NCBI GenBank assembly: GCA_030141605.1
Contig: JAQGDQ010002377.1
Span: forward strand, 387,582 to 451,581
Origin: Tubiluchus corallicola
Taxonomy: Eukaryota > Animalia > Priapulida
Length of the DNA: 64,000 bases
Reading direction: 5' to 3'
Part shown: in pieces, positions 12,901 through 26,900 of the stretch
Numbering within the stretch: position 1 is the first letter of the stretch
How the letters are laid out: each line of letters starts with the position of its first letter
The notes under the pieces: model-generated
Told to the model about the DNA's origin: nothing
What the model saw: only the letters and a program-made list of their open reading frames with translations
Database searches by the model: none
Translations under genes and position numbers: made by a program

Positions 12901-15900
12901 CAAAAAGTTCTGTGTATGTGGTCATTCTATTGATGTACAATCAGTGATCATCGTTTATTATAAGGGTGGGAATTTCGAATAATTTATTCTTCGAAGATTC
13001 GAGGAAAACATTTTTGAATAATCGAATGTTCGCCCCTGAGATATTTGACCTCGGTAGTCCACTCATGGAAATAGACAAACGCAAAATACAGGGCAGCAGT
13101 TACTGTACCACTGTAGATGTTAACAGATGAACTGATATGATAAATTATGCATACCACACTCTTATCTGGATTGAACTGTGGTGTTAATTACTGCAATATC
13201 ACTGCATTACTTAGGGCTGTACATGATTGAATATAGGGCTTGTTGATTTTTTAATAACTTGTTTTTGCATAATAAACATTTTACTGTGTTTGAATGGGAC
13301 TTTTTCGAAATGTTCCCATACCGAGTTCTGCTGTTTGTTGTCATATGGACAATTAAATATATATCCAACTTCCCAGTGAATTAGTATTGCCCAGGCAATG
13401 AGCTGACATTGGTGTAATTGTTTTTCGGCTGTATGGGAGCAAAGACAGCAGATTCTTTTCATCGGGACAATGATGTTCGCTTAGTGCCAAGGTTTTTGTC
13501 TCCGCAAATGTGTGGGTGGTATTCAATATGTGGTCAATGCAGTGTGTAGCAGAATTGGATAGTATTTTATTTGAAGCTTCAAATTATCGTTATTTGTGTA
13601 CACCCCTAGTTTATTATTCGTTCAAAACAAGCTCTGAGAAGTGGTTACAGTCCCATTGACTACAGGTTGATACTCGAGGTATATTCATGGCTTTCAGAAG
13701 CTACTTACTGCCGACAACTGAATTTAGAAATGACAATGTCTTAGATATTGCCCTGTATCAATCTTTAAAAAACCTGAACACTAATTTATTTACATATGAT
13801 TAACGTTTTTCTTCGTGTAGGTATAGATATGTGCCTAGATTTACTGCGGATGATGGAGGATCATTATCCAGAGACTTTGTACAAACTAAATGTTGTAAAT
13901 GGTAAGTGTAGCTACCTGACTCTAACCATAGATATTAAACACATTGTGTTTTGTACTTAATTTGTAGTGTAAGTTTTGTCTTTGCTTTTACATATCATCG
14001 TATAACGTGTTTTCTAAACTAGTAAAGTAATACTCGATTTACACCATTTAGAAAATTAGTTTGTACCTAGACTTATTGTTCTGAATTAGTTTATACCTAG
14101 ACCTATTGTTCTGAACTAGTCTGTACCTAGACCTATTGTTCTGAATTAATCTGTACCTAGACCTATTGCTCTGAATTAATCTGTACTTAGATCTATTGTT
14201 CTGAATTAATCTGTACTTAGACCTGTTGTTCTGAATTAATCTGTACCTAGACCTATTGTTTTGAATTAATCTGTACCTAGACCTATTATTCTGAATTGGT
14301 CTGTACTTAGACCTATTGTTCTGAATTAGTCTGTACCTAGGCCTATTGTTCTGAATTAGTCTGTACTTAGACCTATTGTTCTGAATTAGTCTGTACTTAG
14401 ACCTATTGTTCTGAATTAGTCTGTACTTAGACCTATTGTTCTGAATTGGTCTGTACTTGGACCTATTGTTCTGAATTAGTCTGTACCTAGGCCTATTGTT
14501 CTGAATTAGTCTGTACTTAGACCTATTGTTCTGAATTAGTCAGTACTTAGACCTATTGTTCTGAATTAGTCTGTGTCTAGACCTATTGTTCAGAATTAGC
14601 CTGTGCCTAAACCTATTGTTCTGAATTAGTCTGTGCCTAGACCTATTGCAGTTAAATGGTAAAGTTACAGATCTGGCTATTTTCTGCATTGTTTTTGTTT
14701 AATAACTGTAAACAGGGATCATGAGACAATTCTCTTTACACTATCTAATTTTGAATTAGTGTAGTTGCTGGACTAGAATGAGTAGTGTAAATAAAAATTT
14801 TCACGAAGTACTATTTTGTTTTACAGCACCAAAGATTTTTCCTATTGCCTATGCTATTGTGAAGCCATTTCTAACACAGCACACACGAAATAAAATTCGA
14901 ATACATAGCGGTAAGAAGTCTATAAATATGTAACAGAGGCTGGAAGATAATTTTGACTATATGATTGTTTAAAGTGTAAATATGAAATATGTAATTAATG
15001 TAATTACTGTATAAAGCTTTATTTAGTTAATTTGACTGGAGAGCAAACTGCTATTACAATTTGTGCAGAATAATAAAATAAGTTTAATTTCAAAGACTTA
15101 TATGTTTTTTGGATTTCCTTAATTTTAACTAAAGAAGTCATTTTTTCAGATTAGATTACAAACTAATTGCTGAGAGAATCAGTCATTAATGTTAAGATGC
15201 TTAATCATTTCGTGTAATAGAAAATTATTTAAAAATTCTGAAAATTAGGCATGCTCACTAATTGTGGCCAAACATTTTGTGTGTTTGGCTTGTGGCAGAT
15301 GACAGTTGGTTGTTCTTTAACAAGACAGTGCTGTTGGTTAGTCAGCTCCAACATAGCAGTTTTAGTTGATGAAATCAAGTTATTGTTAAACTCATACAGT
15401 CTTACCTCATTATAATGCCAACCTCGCTTAATGCTCATATTTTCAGCAAAACAAAATGTCTATATTTGTGCAGATGTAAGTATTAATACACCTTGTTATA
15501 ATGCCAAATTCACTTAATGCCAACTTTTTTGCAGTCCCAAATTGGGCAGTAAGAGGAGGTTTGATTATATTATGGAACACTTTAATTTTTCAGATAACTG
15601 GCAACAGCTAATACTTGATGATATAGCAATGGAAGAGGTTCCAGTGTTCTTTGGTGGTCAGAACAGAGGTCCAGATGGTGATCCCAAGTGTTCTCATCTT
15701 GTATGCAGCACTTGTTTGTTTGTTTATTTTTCTTCTTTAAATTAAAGATCACAGTCAAACCTTAACAGCCTGGTCTTCATTAATATTTGTTGCCGTAACT
15801 TAAATGCAACGGTGGGTGGCTGCAGTATATTGTATCATATTCTGTACTGGACTGCAACGTTATAGACAAAAGTTTGGAGTACTTTTTGTTAACTCTAGAT

Positions 15901-18900
15901 TGCCTGTAATTTAGAGAGAGAAAATGTCTATGTTTTGCAAGTTACTCTTAACAGTACAAAGAAGAGATTTCTTACTAGCCAGTATGTCCCACGTAAACAG
16001 ATAATTTGCATGCTATCATATTTTGTACTGGACAGCAACGGTCTAGACAAAAATTTGGAGTAGTTTTTGTTAACTCTAAATTTTTATTATTAAAAAAAAG
16101 AGAAAATGTCTCTATGTTTCTTAATAGCACCAAAAGAGAACAACTGCTGCTGAGAGATTCCATGTAATCAAAGAATTTACCCTCCATTTGTGGGATATAC
16201 TAGTTATTCTCAGTGCTGTTAAAGAGTGTAAAAATTCTTGTTGCTGTTTAATGTGAATATGAATGATCAAGTCCGATCCGCCGGCAGGTTGATAATGTTA
16301 GTATAATATAATGTATGCAGATTAGTGAGAATATTTTGACTATGAGAAACCAATATGTCATTCAAGAGCTGAACATAATTGCACATTTGTTTGTTGATAA
16401 TTATTTAAGAATAAATTTGCATTTTGGGTGCCTTGTGGTTTTGCTCAGTGTTCTGATTGGCTGTATTAGAGGTTTCATTTTGATGAATTTGTTCATCAGT
16501 GAATTCAGTTAATGAAACCGTTAAGTCAAGGTTGCTTTTCGTTGATATGTTTACCGTATATACTCGCATATAAGCCTACATCGCATATAAGCCGACCCCC
16601 TAACACTGCTTTAAAATGGCCAGTTTTTGCAAAAACCCGTATATAAGCCGACCATCAACTTGTCTAATTTGACTCCATACCCAATCAACAAAATTCATCC
16701 CTTTTTGTCACATTTTGTTACATTTTCTTTTTTCTCCAGGCATGGTGTATTGCACAAATAATTTTACAACTAAAATTATCAAAATTCAGCACACTTTTAA
16801 ATTCTGTGGCCGCGTGCTCACGTTTGCCTCATTGGTTTGCTGTTCCTCTATAAGCCACGTGACCCTCGTCTCCCCACGCGCTGCCTACCAATTGGCTGAT
16901 GACGTCGGCTTGGTTACGGCTCGCAACTGGTGACACACAGTGGTGTATTGCTAAATAAAAAGTAGGTGGACGGCTAGTCTCAAGACTTACCATTTTACAT
17001 TCACAAATTTGAAAGAAATTGACATTATTTAAAACCGTTTTTTGAAAAAATGAAAACAAGTAGATTTAATATTAAACCTGTATACATTTTTAATGTTTTT
17101 TATCTAATGAATACAAAAAGCAGACATTTATTGAATTGTGAATTTTTTCTAAAAAAAAAAGTGGGTGGACGGCGATCCCCCACGATCCCCCTCCAATACA
17201 CCACTGGTGACACACAACCAAATAAAGAGTCAGATAGCGATGAAAATGTGTGGCTGGAAAATTGGCATTAGTGTCTGTCCTTGTGTTCATTTTGTTTCAT
17301 GTGCATATAAGCCGACCCCCTGATTTCAGTATTGTATTTTACAGTTCTAAATTCGGCTTATATGCGAGTATATACGGTATGTTTCGCTTTTTATTTGTCA
17401 AAACAGTTAAATCATTTCAACTGCAAGGTTTGTTTTACTTAATAATTTGTATACTTTTCAATTAATTTTTCATATACACTAAGTGCCTTATTAATTGTGG
17501 TGTTTCTTTTGCAATATTTCAGATTTGTTATGGAGGGGAAATCCCAAAAAGCTATTACCTTCAAAACAACAAAGAAGCTATAGATAAGACTAAGATGGAC
17601 ATGGCTGTTGTGAACAAGAGGGCAAATTTTTATGTTGAACATCATGTAGGAAAGGCAGGGTCCATAATCAGGTAATGAATGACGGACTTTAAGTAGATTT
17701 CTGATTTTCTAGTAAAACAGCAAATCGTGTTTTCAAATAAAATTGAAAGAGCCCTGTTGACAAAAAGAATGTCCGAAATAAGGAAGGTGTCATTGTAGAT
17801 TTTTATACTCATCCTTCCCATTATTTAAAGAATTTATGCATATTATCAGCCATAGTGACAAAATTTCTGCAGAGTAAAGTGGTCTTTTCTTTCTACCAAT
17901 TAGCAATCTGTTCTAGTCCTATATTTCCACATTTCTCTATGTCATGTTATGTCTGCAAACAAAAACTCTCAAATATATGCATTTTTGTACCCAAATTAAG
18001 TTAAATTGCTTGGAGAAGTATTCTGAGAAAATTTTGTCTGCAAAAATATAACAGTGTTGTACTGTTTGACTAATAATATTTTATATTTTGTCCTGACATG
18101 TAGGTAAGTTTATAATCAAGGGCGGATACTGGCTTTTGAAAAATGGTGGGCCCAACAAAAGGCAGTTAATGGGTCTGGGGAAGCATTGTAATATTCAGCA
18201 ATATAGTGGTATACAGTGTACATGGTGTACTTAAATTTCATGTGTTTTGAAAAGTAGAACTCTTGTGATATAGGATTTTTATAGGTATTAAATTTTAGTA
18301 AAGCCACTGCTAGGATTTAGCAAATCGTTCTAATGCTTATAATCCAGAGAAAATATTTATTTGATGTGTTGTAAGTGCTACTGTGAAAGGGGAGCAGGTT
18401 TCTTAGACCCATCCTCTAAATCTGCAACTGATAATCCATAACCTGATCCTGAAAGGTATGGCTAGGTAGTTGCTAATTGTCTCTAAGCAGCCCTAATCAG
18501 AAAACATTATAACTGCAAATGTTAAACATTTGGTGGGTTTTCTGTGTTTTAAATATTTAGTATAACTGATTTGTTATAATTGTTTAGGTTAACGCTTCTA
18601 GTGGACCAAGTCATTTTCTTTAAAAGAGATGCACAGATAGATCTTGTTTTGATGTCTCACCAGCTTTGCTTATCACTAGTATATCTGTATTAACAAAAAG
18701 CAGGCAACCTTATAGATTTTTTTATAATGCTGTCACACTGATCTGTTTGCAATAATTAAAACTGTCGATGTCTAAAATAAGCACTGTAAAGTAGCTTTGG
18801 TTGAGCCATCGTTCTTCATGGGTATTGGCCATTTATAAACGTCTTTGTTTCCTACTACAAGTTAATTTTGGTTTGTTTGCAGGTGGGAGTTCATCACAGA

Positions 18901-20319
18901 CGAAAATGACATTGGCTTTGGCTTGTACCTGAAAACGGATGGCACTCCCATTGAAAAACTCAAACCGTCTGATTTAACGAATGTGCGAAGCTTGCAGCGG
19001 TGTAACTGCCATCTAGTGCCAGAGACAGGAAGTTTCATTGCAGAAGTTCCAGGCATATGTAAGTATATGATTATGCATTTGTGCAGCCCATCTTAGTTTT
19101 TTTAGCAAACACTATTGTTAGCCAGTTTCTGGATGAGTTAGTGCTTGTCACATAGTTCTTCTAGTTAGTTGAAAAGCATCTTTAATGTTATTTATAGAAC
19201 AGAAGAACAGAGGACAGAGATGCTTATCTATGCAGTGACAAGTAGGAGTGAGCATCGAATGTTCGAGTTTGAACATTCAAATCAAATTCGAACGAGTTTT
19301 TTTAGTTTGAATTCGATTCGAATGTAAAACTATAGATTCCAATATTCAGCACTTCAATCACATACATTCTTTATCATTAAAGTGATTGAAACATCATGCA
19401 ATTAGCATAATTCAGCTGTGATTTCTGTGCACAATTTTAAACAAATTATTAGTGTTTTTTCAAATTCGATTCTATAGATTCGAATATTCATCACTTCAAT
19501 CACATACATTTTTTATCATTAAAATGATCGAAACATCATGCAATTAGCATAATTTAGCTGTGATTTCTGTGCACAATTTCAAACAAATTATTAGTGGTTT
19601 TACTGCAGAACAAAATCGAGTAATATGTATGATCCTTGTAAGACTATTTTACTGGTGATTCGAAAACTTGTTTGAAAATCTTTCAATTTGAATTTGAATT
19701 TGAAATACTGAAGCTCGTTTCGATTCGAATTTGCTTTCTGGCAGAGAATGCTCACCCCTAATGACAAGGTCGTTCAACCCTGTAGGGGATGTTAGTAGAT
19801 CTGGTATTTCAGAAAATTATTTCAATGGTAGTCTAGTCCTCGTCTGGAGCTTAGACTACAAAATGATCTAATTAAATTTCAAAGAGTAAGCTCTTTACAG
19901 ACAGTAATTTAACATAAAAGTTACAAGGCATGAACAGAGTGAATTTTTTCAGACTGATTTTTTTTCATCAGTTATTTGACAATTATGCATTAAAAATTGA
20001 TATATAATTAAGCTATTTGCGCAATCGATGATTAGATTGCTCTAACTGTTGCTGTATGCGACTTTCCAGATATGGAAGAAAGCTGTTTTTTTGTTTAAAA
20101 TGCTGAAGAACAATTGGAAGCATATTGTTATAGTACTTTACAGCAAATGAATATTGCAGGTATTCTGTTTCGTGCAGCAAGCCACACTTGTAAAATTTCT
20201 TAGCGGAGTTTATTGTATTGTTTTTAGATGTCACGTTATTCGACAATTCGTACAGTTGGACAAAGAACAAAACACTATGGTATAAGGTTGATGTTCTTTC
20301 GCCTGATGATCGCTTGTAA
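3918..20319 (+). CDS. SEC14-like lipid-binding protein (CRAL-TRIO plus GOLD domain, SEC14L2/3/4 family), 394 aa, 13 exons
   Basis: Exons: 3918-3971 (MSGYFGDLSPTQSETLAE), 8228-8297 (DDYYYLRWLR), 8730-8773 (ARDFELKKSELMLRN), 9339-9401, 11700-11790, 12358-12452, 12793-12871 (VVFDLENL), 13821-13901 (EDHYPETL), 14827-14910 (APKIFPIAYAIVKPFL), 15594-15700 (PVFFGG..GPDGDPKC), 17523-17671 (ICYGGEIPKSYY), 18883-19058 (WEFITDENDIGFG), 20228-20319 (FDNSYSW...stop). All GT-AG, phases consistent, total 1185 nt. Confidence 0.95.
9830..9990. mobile_element. Degenerate copy of the Tc1/pogo-type MITE also found at 15397-15567
   Basis: Shares TAATGCC repeats, ctcgcttaa, ttagcaaaacaaaat and gccaactttttt..agtcccaaat with 15413-15545. 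Confidence 0.5.
12961..13608. mobile_element. Non-autonomous hAT element (MITE)
   Basis: Imperfect TIR TAAGGGTG...CACCCCTA flanked by an exact 8-bp TSD GTTTATTA (12953-12960 and 13609-13616), with TTCGAA subterminal motifs. Confidence 0.75.
14054..14648. repeat. 30-bp minisatellite, about 20 copies, in SEC14L intron 8
   Basis: Consensus ACCTATTGTTCTGAATTAGTCTGTACCTAG repeated head-to-tail with scattered substitutions. Confidence 0.97.
15397..15567. mobile_element. Tc1/pogo (Tigger-like) MITE
   Basis: Begins TA|CAGTCTTACCTC and ends ...GAGGTTTGAT|TA (degenerate TIR), with internal TAATGCC repeats. A related copy is near 9830-9990. Confidence 0.5.
15833..16160. repeat. Diverged direct duplication with a period of about 180 bp
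   Basis: tatcatatt(c/t)tgtactggac(t/a)gcaacg...tagacaaaa(g/a)tttggagta...ttgttaactcta occurs at about 15833 and about 16014. Confidence 0.7.
16554..17377. mobile_element. Non-autonomous pogo/Tc1-mariner DNA transposon
   Basis: Perfect 23-bp TIR CCGTATATACTCGCATATAAGCC / GGCTTATATGCGAGTATATACGG, TA on both flanks, and repeated subterminal TATAAGCCGACC motifs. Confidence 0.9.
19243..19760. mobile_element. Non-autonomous hAT element with an internal tandem duplication of about 142 bp
   Basis: TIR TAGGAGTGAGCAT / ATGCTCACCCCTA, 8-bp TSD GTGACAAG / ATGACAAG, TTCGAA arrays near both ends, and a duplicated block starting at 19330 and 19472. Confidence 0.8.
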
Positions 20320-20491
20320 AGTCTGTTCATTGTCGAGTCTTCCAGACACTTTCAGGCTTCGAGTAACAGGTATAAAGATTTGCAAAGGATATGAATTTTT
20401 GCATTAACCAAAGACCATTGCTTGTCTTTATGGCAAGTGTCACTGTGGTATGGTTGTATACATACAGGGCAGTAGCGTGACAAAGTTATTA

Positions 20492-20771
20492 CAGTAAAGT
20501 CTCAGTTAACCAGACTGATAGTCAATTATGGCAAATAACTGATTCTTGGCTAATTTGCCATAGTTATAAATCACACTACATTTATTTGTTGCATTGTATG
20601 TAGGGTTAATTGGAAATGATGAATGTTTGAAGTATTCAGGTTTTAAGGGTCAAAAACTTCGAAAAGCAGTGCTTGACCATGTATTTAAACACAAGGTATA
20701 AAACGTGCTACAAATAAAACACGAACTCGTTCGTTTGGTTAATAAGTGTTCGAGTAATTGAGATTCTACTG
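20492..20771. mobile_element. Tigger/pogo-like MITE in the SEC14L 3' region
   Basis: TA|CAGTAAAGTCTCAGTTA ... TAATTGAGATTCTACTG|TA, an imperfect TIR with TA duplication. Confidence 0.65.
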
Positions 20772-23700
20772 TAAGTGCAAGATGAGCGGCAAAACAATAG
20801 GTAAAACATCTTCAGTCTTTCCTTTAAGATGGAAAATGGTTGACATTATATTAGATACAATGTGCAATATAAAAGCATGATTATAGCATTATTTAAGGTT
20901 ATTTTAGCAAAATAAACTTGTTTTACAACATGAGGAATTACTATACTTAATTTTTAGATGTTATATTACTTGGAGTGATAGCTTTGAGGCTTTCCAACTG
21001 CATAACTACTTGCAGATCGTTTTAAGCAATATTATTTAACTTGATGCTGATTTTGTTATATTTAATATTTTATGTTTTAAGTGCATTTGCTTATAACTTT
21101 GTTAATTGTTAAAGTACAGTCTAAGCTTACTTGCTATTAGTTCATTGATTATGCACCCAGAAAAGTTGTGGTGTATTGATAAGGTTGGCAGTAAGACAAG
21201 ATGTGAATGTAATTGCTGTTGCACAAAAGCTTTTTGTTCAACCAGTGCATATTGAATACTATGCAACAATAATGGTAGTCAGTAATTTGTTCATATAATT
21301 TTAAATATTTACCTCACTGAGGTCATGTAATTTATTCTAGAAGCATTGTAGGTACTATAGGTGGTTACTTTGCCATTGTTAATGTTGTATTTGTTAGTCT
21401 GTAGCACACTGGTTGTAATTGTCATTAGAGATGTATTATTAGGTGTTATTTTTTAATTTTATAGTGATTTTGTTAGTCACAAAAGCCAAAGAGTTAATGC
21501 AGTTCTTGCAGCAATGCCAAATTCTTGCCCTCGTTAGTAGTCTATTTTGTGCATTTAGGTGTTTTAGTGATACATGTGTCCATTATGATTTATTAAGTTA
21601 TAATTTGTTTGTGATTACTAATGTCTGAGTATATTGTTACGTGTTAAGGCTGAAAAGTTGTTTAAGTCATAATTATTATAAAATTACGTTTGGCCTAGTC
21701 ACCTTGCCATTATGCAGAGGTAAAACACTTTTGTTCTTTTGGTTTATGATTTCATTTAGAAGCTTTTGCTTGGTATTCCTAAATTTATTTTTGCTTAGTG
21801 ATATTATACATTTTTGCAAGTTTTCTTTTTTTACTTTTGACTGTATTATGATTGCAAATGCTTAATTGGCCCTGACAATTGATGCTAGTGTTGCTATTGC
21901 ACTTTATTTTCTCTATTTTTCGCAGCATTTGTAATAGCTAAAGTTTGCCAAGTATTCCATTCCATATATTGTATGCCCAGCCAACATTTATCTCAATACT
22001 ATAGCTTGAGCAATAAGTGATTGGCTGAACTTTAATTTGCACAATTAGTTGCGAGAATTTGTGAATCATTTAGTGTATTGTTTTTGTAGCCATCTGTAAT
22101 TACGCTGAGAATTTTTTTTGTCGAGCATGTATAAATTGCACACATTTTCAAAAACTCTTTATTCTCTTTCAAGCTCAACTCATTTTCGATTAAACAGCAG
22201 ATAAGTTACTTATGTGTGTTTGTGAACATACTAACATGGTTTTTCATTTTTTTAGTTTTAAGTATGTCATAGCCTTCAGAATTTGATGTATAATCACAAT
22301 TTGACATACTAGTAATTATTCAGACTGGTTTTAAACATCATTCATGGAGCCTTTCTATAAGGTATCTTTAACAACGAGTATGCTTAGACATATATGTAAT
22401 GAATTATTACTTTTATTGGCCTCAGTTTTTCATTACTTTACATTTACTATTATTCCTAAATTCCTAGCATTCATTTTGTTTAATTTGTGATTTGACTGTT
22501 TGGTAGGTATTATAAACTATGCTTATAATGTCTGTCATTTTCAGTATCATATTTTATTGGCATGAATGTATTACTATGATAATTTACTGTCTGTGGACTG
22601 ATGAATTAATAACAACTGTTAACATCACTAATCATACGTGAAAAAAAAAATAAATGATTTAATTTAGTTTATTGATCTAGTCATAGTCGTTTTAATACGA
22701 GTTTTTTTTGTTTAGATGTTATTAAAATTATTATGTGATTAAGTGTTAAATTATCCTAAGTTGCCTACTAATTGTATTGATGTTGTTTGTAATTAAAAGT
22801 AATAACTGTGTATAAATAGTTGGTGTTTATAATCTTGATTTTGCATTACATGTATGTTGTTAGCAATTAGAAATTTTTCACTATGTGGCAATAATCATGA
22901 AGTCATGGATAACCTTGTCAAATTTTCATTGTTATATAATTTAGTTGTTTAGCAGGTGATGTGCAATATACATTTTCGTGTTTCAAGTTTATTGGTGTGC
23001 AGTTTTGCATTAATTATATTGTTGATACAGTTAGAAATTCTACATTGTGGAATAGTCAGTAATTGTAGATAGTACTGTTAGATTTTCATTATAGTAAATG
23101 CACAGAACTTTTTTTAGCAAGGGATAGTTATTGATACGTTTAAAGTTCATAGATTTGCATTTATCATGTGCTAATGTGATGAGACTCGTTAGTTATAATT
23201 TTTAATGGTTATTCATTTCATCTGAATAATCTGTGATTGAAATATATTTGATTTGTTTGTTGGGCTATGGCCAGTTCTCGTAAATTTGTTCATAACGGGT
23301 AATCAGTGTTGTTATGTTTTATGCTTTGTTATTATTATTTGTTTTGATTTGTTGATTTGATGACCATTCCAACATAAAATCACAAAGATTTGTGCTTTCA
23401 TTAAGATTTTACTTGTAAGCACGTTTTGGCATTCCAGAAATGAATTCACTGAACACACTAGATAAATGAGTTATTGCAGTTTTATTTTGGCTGTTTTTTT
23501 CATTGGAAATGCATTAAAAATTAGCATTGCAATGGACAAGTAATGATTATTAGATAGTACATAAAGTGATAATTAACTTGTAGAAAAAATATAGATATTT
23601 TAAGTATATGAAAGAAAGACTTGAAGTTGATTAGTTTGTAAGTCATTCTTAAACAGTACAATAGTTTACTGCAGAGATATACAATAAACAAGTATGAGTA

Positions 23701-23951
23701 AATAGACAACTGTCTGTAACATTTTTCAGCATGTTGATACACGTATGTACAACTACTCCATTCAGTTATTCAATCGGCTGGAGGTATGAGGTTCAAACAT
23801 ATGTTAAATTATGAGGTTCAGACATACTTACAATTGAAAATATTGTTTCAGTCCACATCTTAAGCACATCTGTTGCTACTATATATCGTGTACATAGAAT
23901 CATGGTGCACAGAACCTCATTTGCCACATGCTGTGAATCGGTGTGGACTAA

Positions 23952-26900
23952 TTATGTTGTTGGCTTGTTGACTTTATAGGAGAAGACAAAGCTGACTGCA
24001 TTGCCAACAGCTTGCAAATGGCTGCCCTGTAATTAGTTGCAAATAATAGTAACTTATACGTATAACTTTTTTAGTGAAATTAGAAAGACTCGTAGATTAC
24101 TTTCGTCGAGATAATATTAATAATTTTAATACGATTGATGCTATTATATTGCTTATGGTGAACACAGCCAGGCATTTTATAGTAGCTAATTCTGTAAGTG
24201 GTATTTACTCTGCTTTGGCATTTAAGATCTGTTTTTATTTAATTTAAATGAGAAGTATCGTTCATTAAAATACTGGACAGCTGAATTGGGACTTGGGAGA
24301 CAAAAAGAAAAAAATGCTTAAAGTCAAATTTTGTGATCTCACCAATTTATGGTAAAGCAGTAGGGGCAGATGTTAAAGGAAAACCAGTTCTTGAATTAAC
24401 AAAATTTATTGCATTTTAATATACACTGAGAAGTACTGAATTCACCGCACAATATATGCACATAAGATGCCTTGCTTAAAAATGCAAAATAATTTTTTAT
24501 GTTCCGCCAAACGAACCTCGCTGAGGACAAACACAAAAAATGATGTAAGCTGGTAAGTAACAGGAAAGCACGCTTTTCATCAAATAGCAAAAAATGGTAT
24601 TATTAATATCTACTATTATCGTGGGTAACTGATTTTATTATATAGTGGGCAATAAAGATTCATCAAACAGCAAAAAAATGGTATTATTAATCTCTCGTTT
24701 TATGTTTTGGACTGCTTCTAAGTAATATAACAGCAAATGCAGCTGCAAAAAAGTTTGCTGAAGCACCTGGCAGGATAGGTGTTTATACTGAACGGCAACC
24801 ATATGACGTCATTTTTCATTCAAAATGAGCACCCCAAGTGTGAAATTATCATGACTTTAAATTGACTTTACTAATTGCACCAGGCTTTAAACTGAACGGC
24901 AACCATATAACGTCATTTTTCATTCAAAATGAGCACCCCAAGTGTGAAATTATCATGACTTTAAATTGACTTTACTAATTGCACCAGGCGCCTGTAAACT
25001 AAAGCTGAAGTTACTGCTGAAACTTTCTTAACATTTTCCCCCCAAATGTTAAAATAAGTTCAACTTCCTAAAAGTCCTGATTTTTCCTTTAATGTATCCA
25101 GCATGACGCAAACAGGGCACTTTTTTTATTTTTTCGATAAGTTTTTAACCACTGATAAATTTAATGTGTGAAGCTTAAGAACGCGTCCGCCAGAAGACCA
25201 TGCAAATTCGAAAAATTCCGGCACAAGGTTAGGTAAACCGATTCAGACCAAAGTTCGGGTATGAGGTCCACTAGTCACTAGTATTCACTATGTGAATCTG
25301 CTTGGTCCAACTCCTCATAGTAGCAGAGGTACGACATAGGCCGATTTTCATGAAAAAGTGCCTATTTTTCTCTATTTTTTTACACATATTTGAAGGATTA
25401 ACCATGCAACAACCACTGAGTTTGAATAAATCTGACTCTGCACAGTATTGGGTCTTGTTATCTTCTCCAAAATGACTTTTCGACTTTTGTCCCAAACCCC
25501 CCTCTTTCAGCTCGCATTACGCACAAGATGCAAATACTCCGTCATTTCAAAGTCTTATATCTTACCCACTGCGGGGGCGGGAACAAAAATATCGATATGT
25601 ATGTGAACAGAGCATCCCATCCCACTATGTTGCAGTGACAATTTCGATGGAGCGAATTTCCACCCTATTGTAAATGACCCTTGAAAGAGGCATGTATCAG
25701 GGTGAAAATATAGGTAACAACGTTCATCAAAAAGCTTCGTGTAGGTAACATGAGTTGTCAAATCCTGTCAAAATACTTCAAAACGTCATAAATATTCATC
25801 TTTGGCAACTAGGGGCCTGGACAGCACATTGGTTAAACTACCGACAGGACTGGACTCTAGCATTCAAGATGGCGGCCACTGCTGGACTAAAATGTTCGTT
25901 TTCTGGGCTGTTTACCAGCGTTAAATGCGGTATTCTGACTAGTTATCCGCACAAAACGAATATTGCGAATCTGTTAGCCTGTACTAAAGACACTGGAGCG
26001 CATTTAGAGCGCTTCCATCTTCAAAAAATGAAATATCTACGGAATGGAAATTGCTTCTTGCAGGGACTGGAAAATGTTTTATGTACTGTTTATTTTCTAT
26101 GCTTTGTAAATGTTATGTACAGGTTATTGCCTAGTTATTACTCATTGTCTTACGTAGGCGTACAAGCCAGGACACAAAGAAAATTGCCATAAATCTGAGC
26201 GAATGCCCAAAAAGTAGGGGACAGATGGTTACCCACCTCTGGTCTCATTGACCTACAGTTATCTCATCTCTTTGTTGCAGGATGCCATTATGCAATATTG
26301 AAAGGGTCGGTTAGTTGCACAAAGTTACCCTACCTACATCTGTATATTAAGTCACTAGAGTTTCTGTGCTAAATTAAACTTTCACTTGCACTGGCCTTTA
26401 AAAGCTTTTATCGATAAATTAACTTTTACCAAATAAAATTTACAGTAAATAATATTAATTGCTGTAAAAACATCGTTACAATAAAACTTTAATTCTCACT
26501 TGAAGAACGCAGTTCTGTATTGGTCCTTTGTAATGCTCCCACTCCATCAGTTGATCCATAGATAAGTGTTTGGCTTTCACATTCATAGGTACCATACTGT
26601 CAATTTTGGAAGATGAAATGGCACCACATAGTTGGTCACACACGCAGTTCAGCAAGTCATGTGTAGCACAGGTTTCACTTTTCACCAGAGTAAATAAATC
26701 CTGCGAACAATTTGTCATAACATAAAGACAGATAGGAAAATCCTATTAATAAAATACCATTAGGCATTGTTGTGGCAAGAAATTTTTAATAAAAAAGGAA
26801 ATAAAAATAAATTTCATCAATAATGCAAGTATTTACACATTACCTTGTGCATTACCACATTTGTTTATGGTGTTGATGCTGCAAACCAGCATATCGCACA

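Noticed and set aside
14054-14648. 30-bp repeat array as a CRISPR array
   Set aside because: The units are contiguous with no unique spacers, there are no cas genes, and the context is a eukaryotic intron.
25755-26192. 145-aa ORF in the last RAD54B intron
   Set aside because: It has a non-ATG start and no recognisable domain, and it lies in probable transposon-derived sequence.
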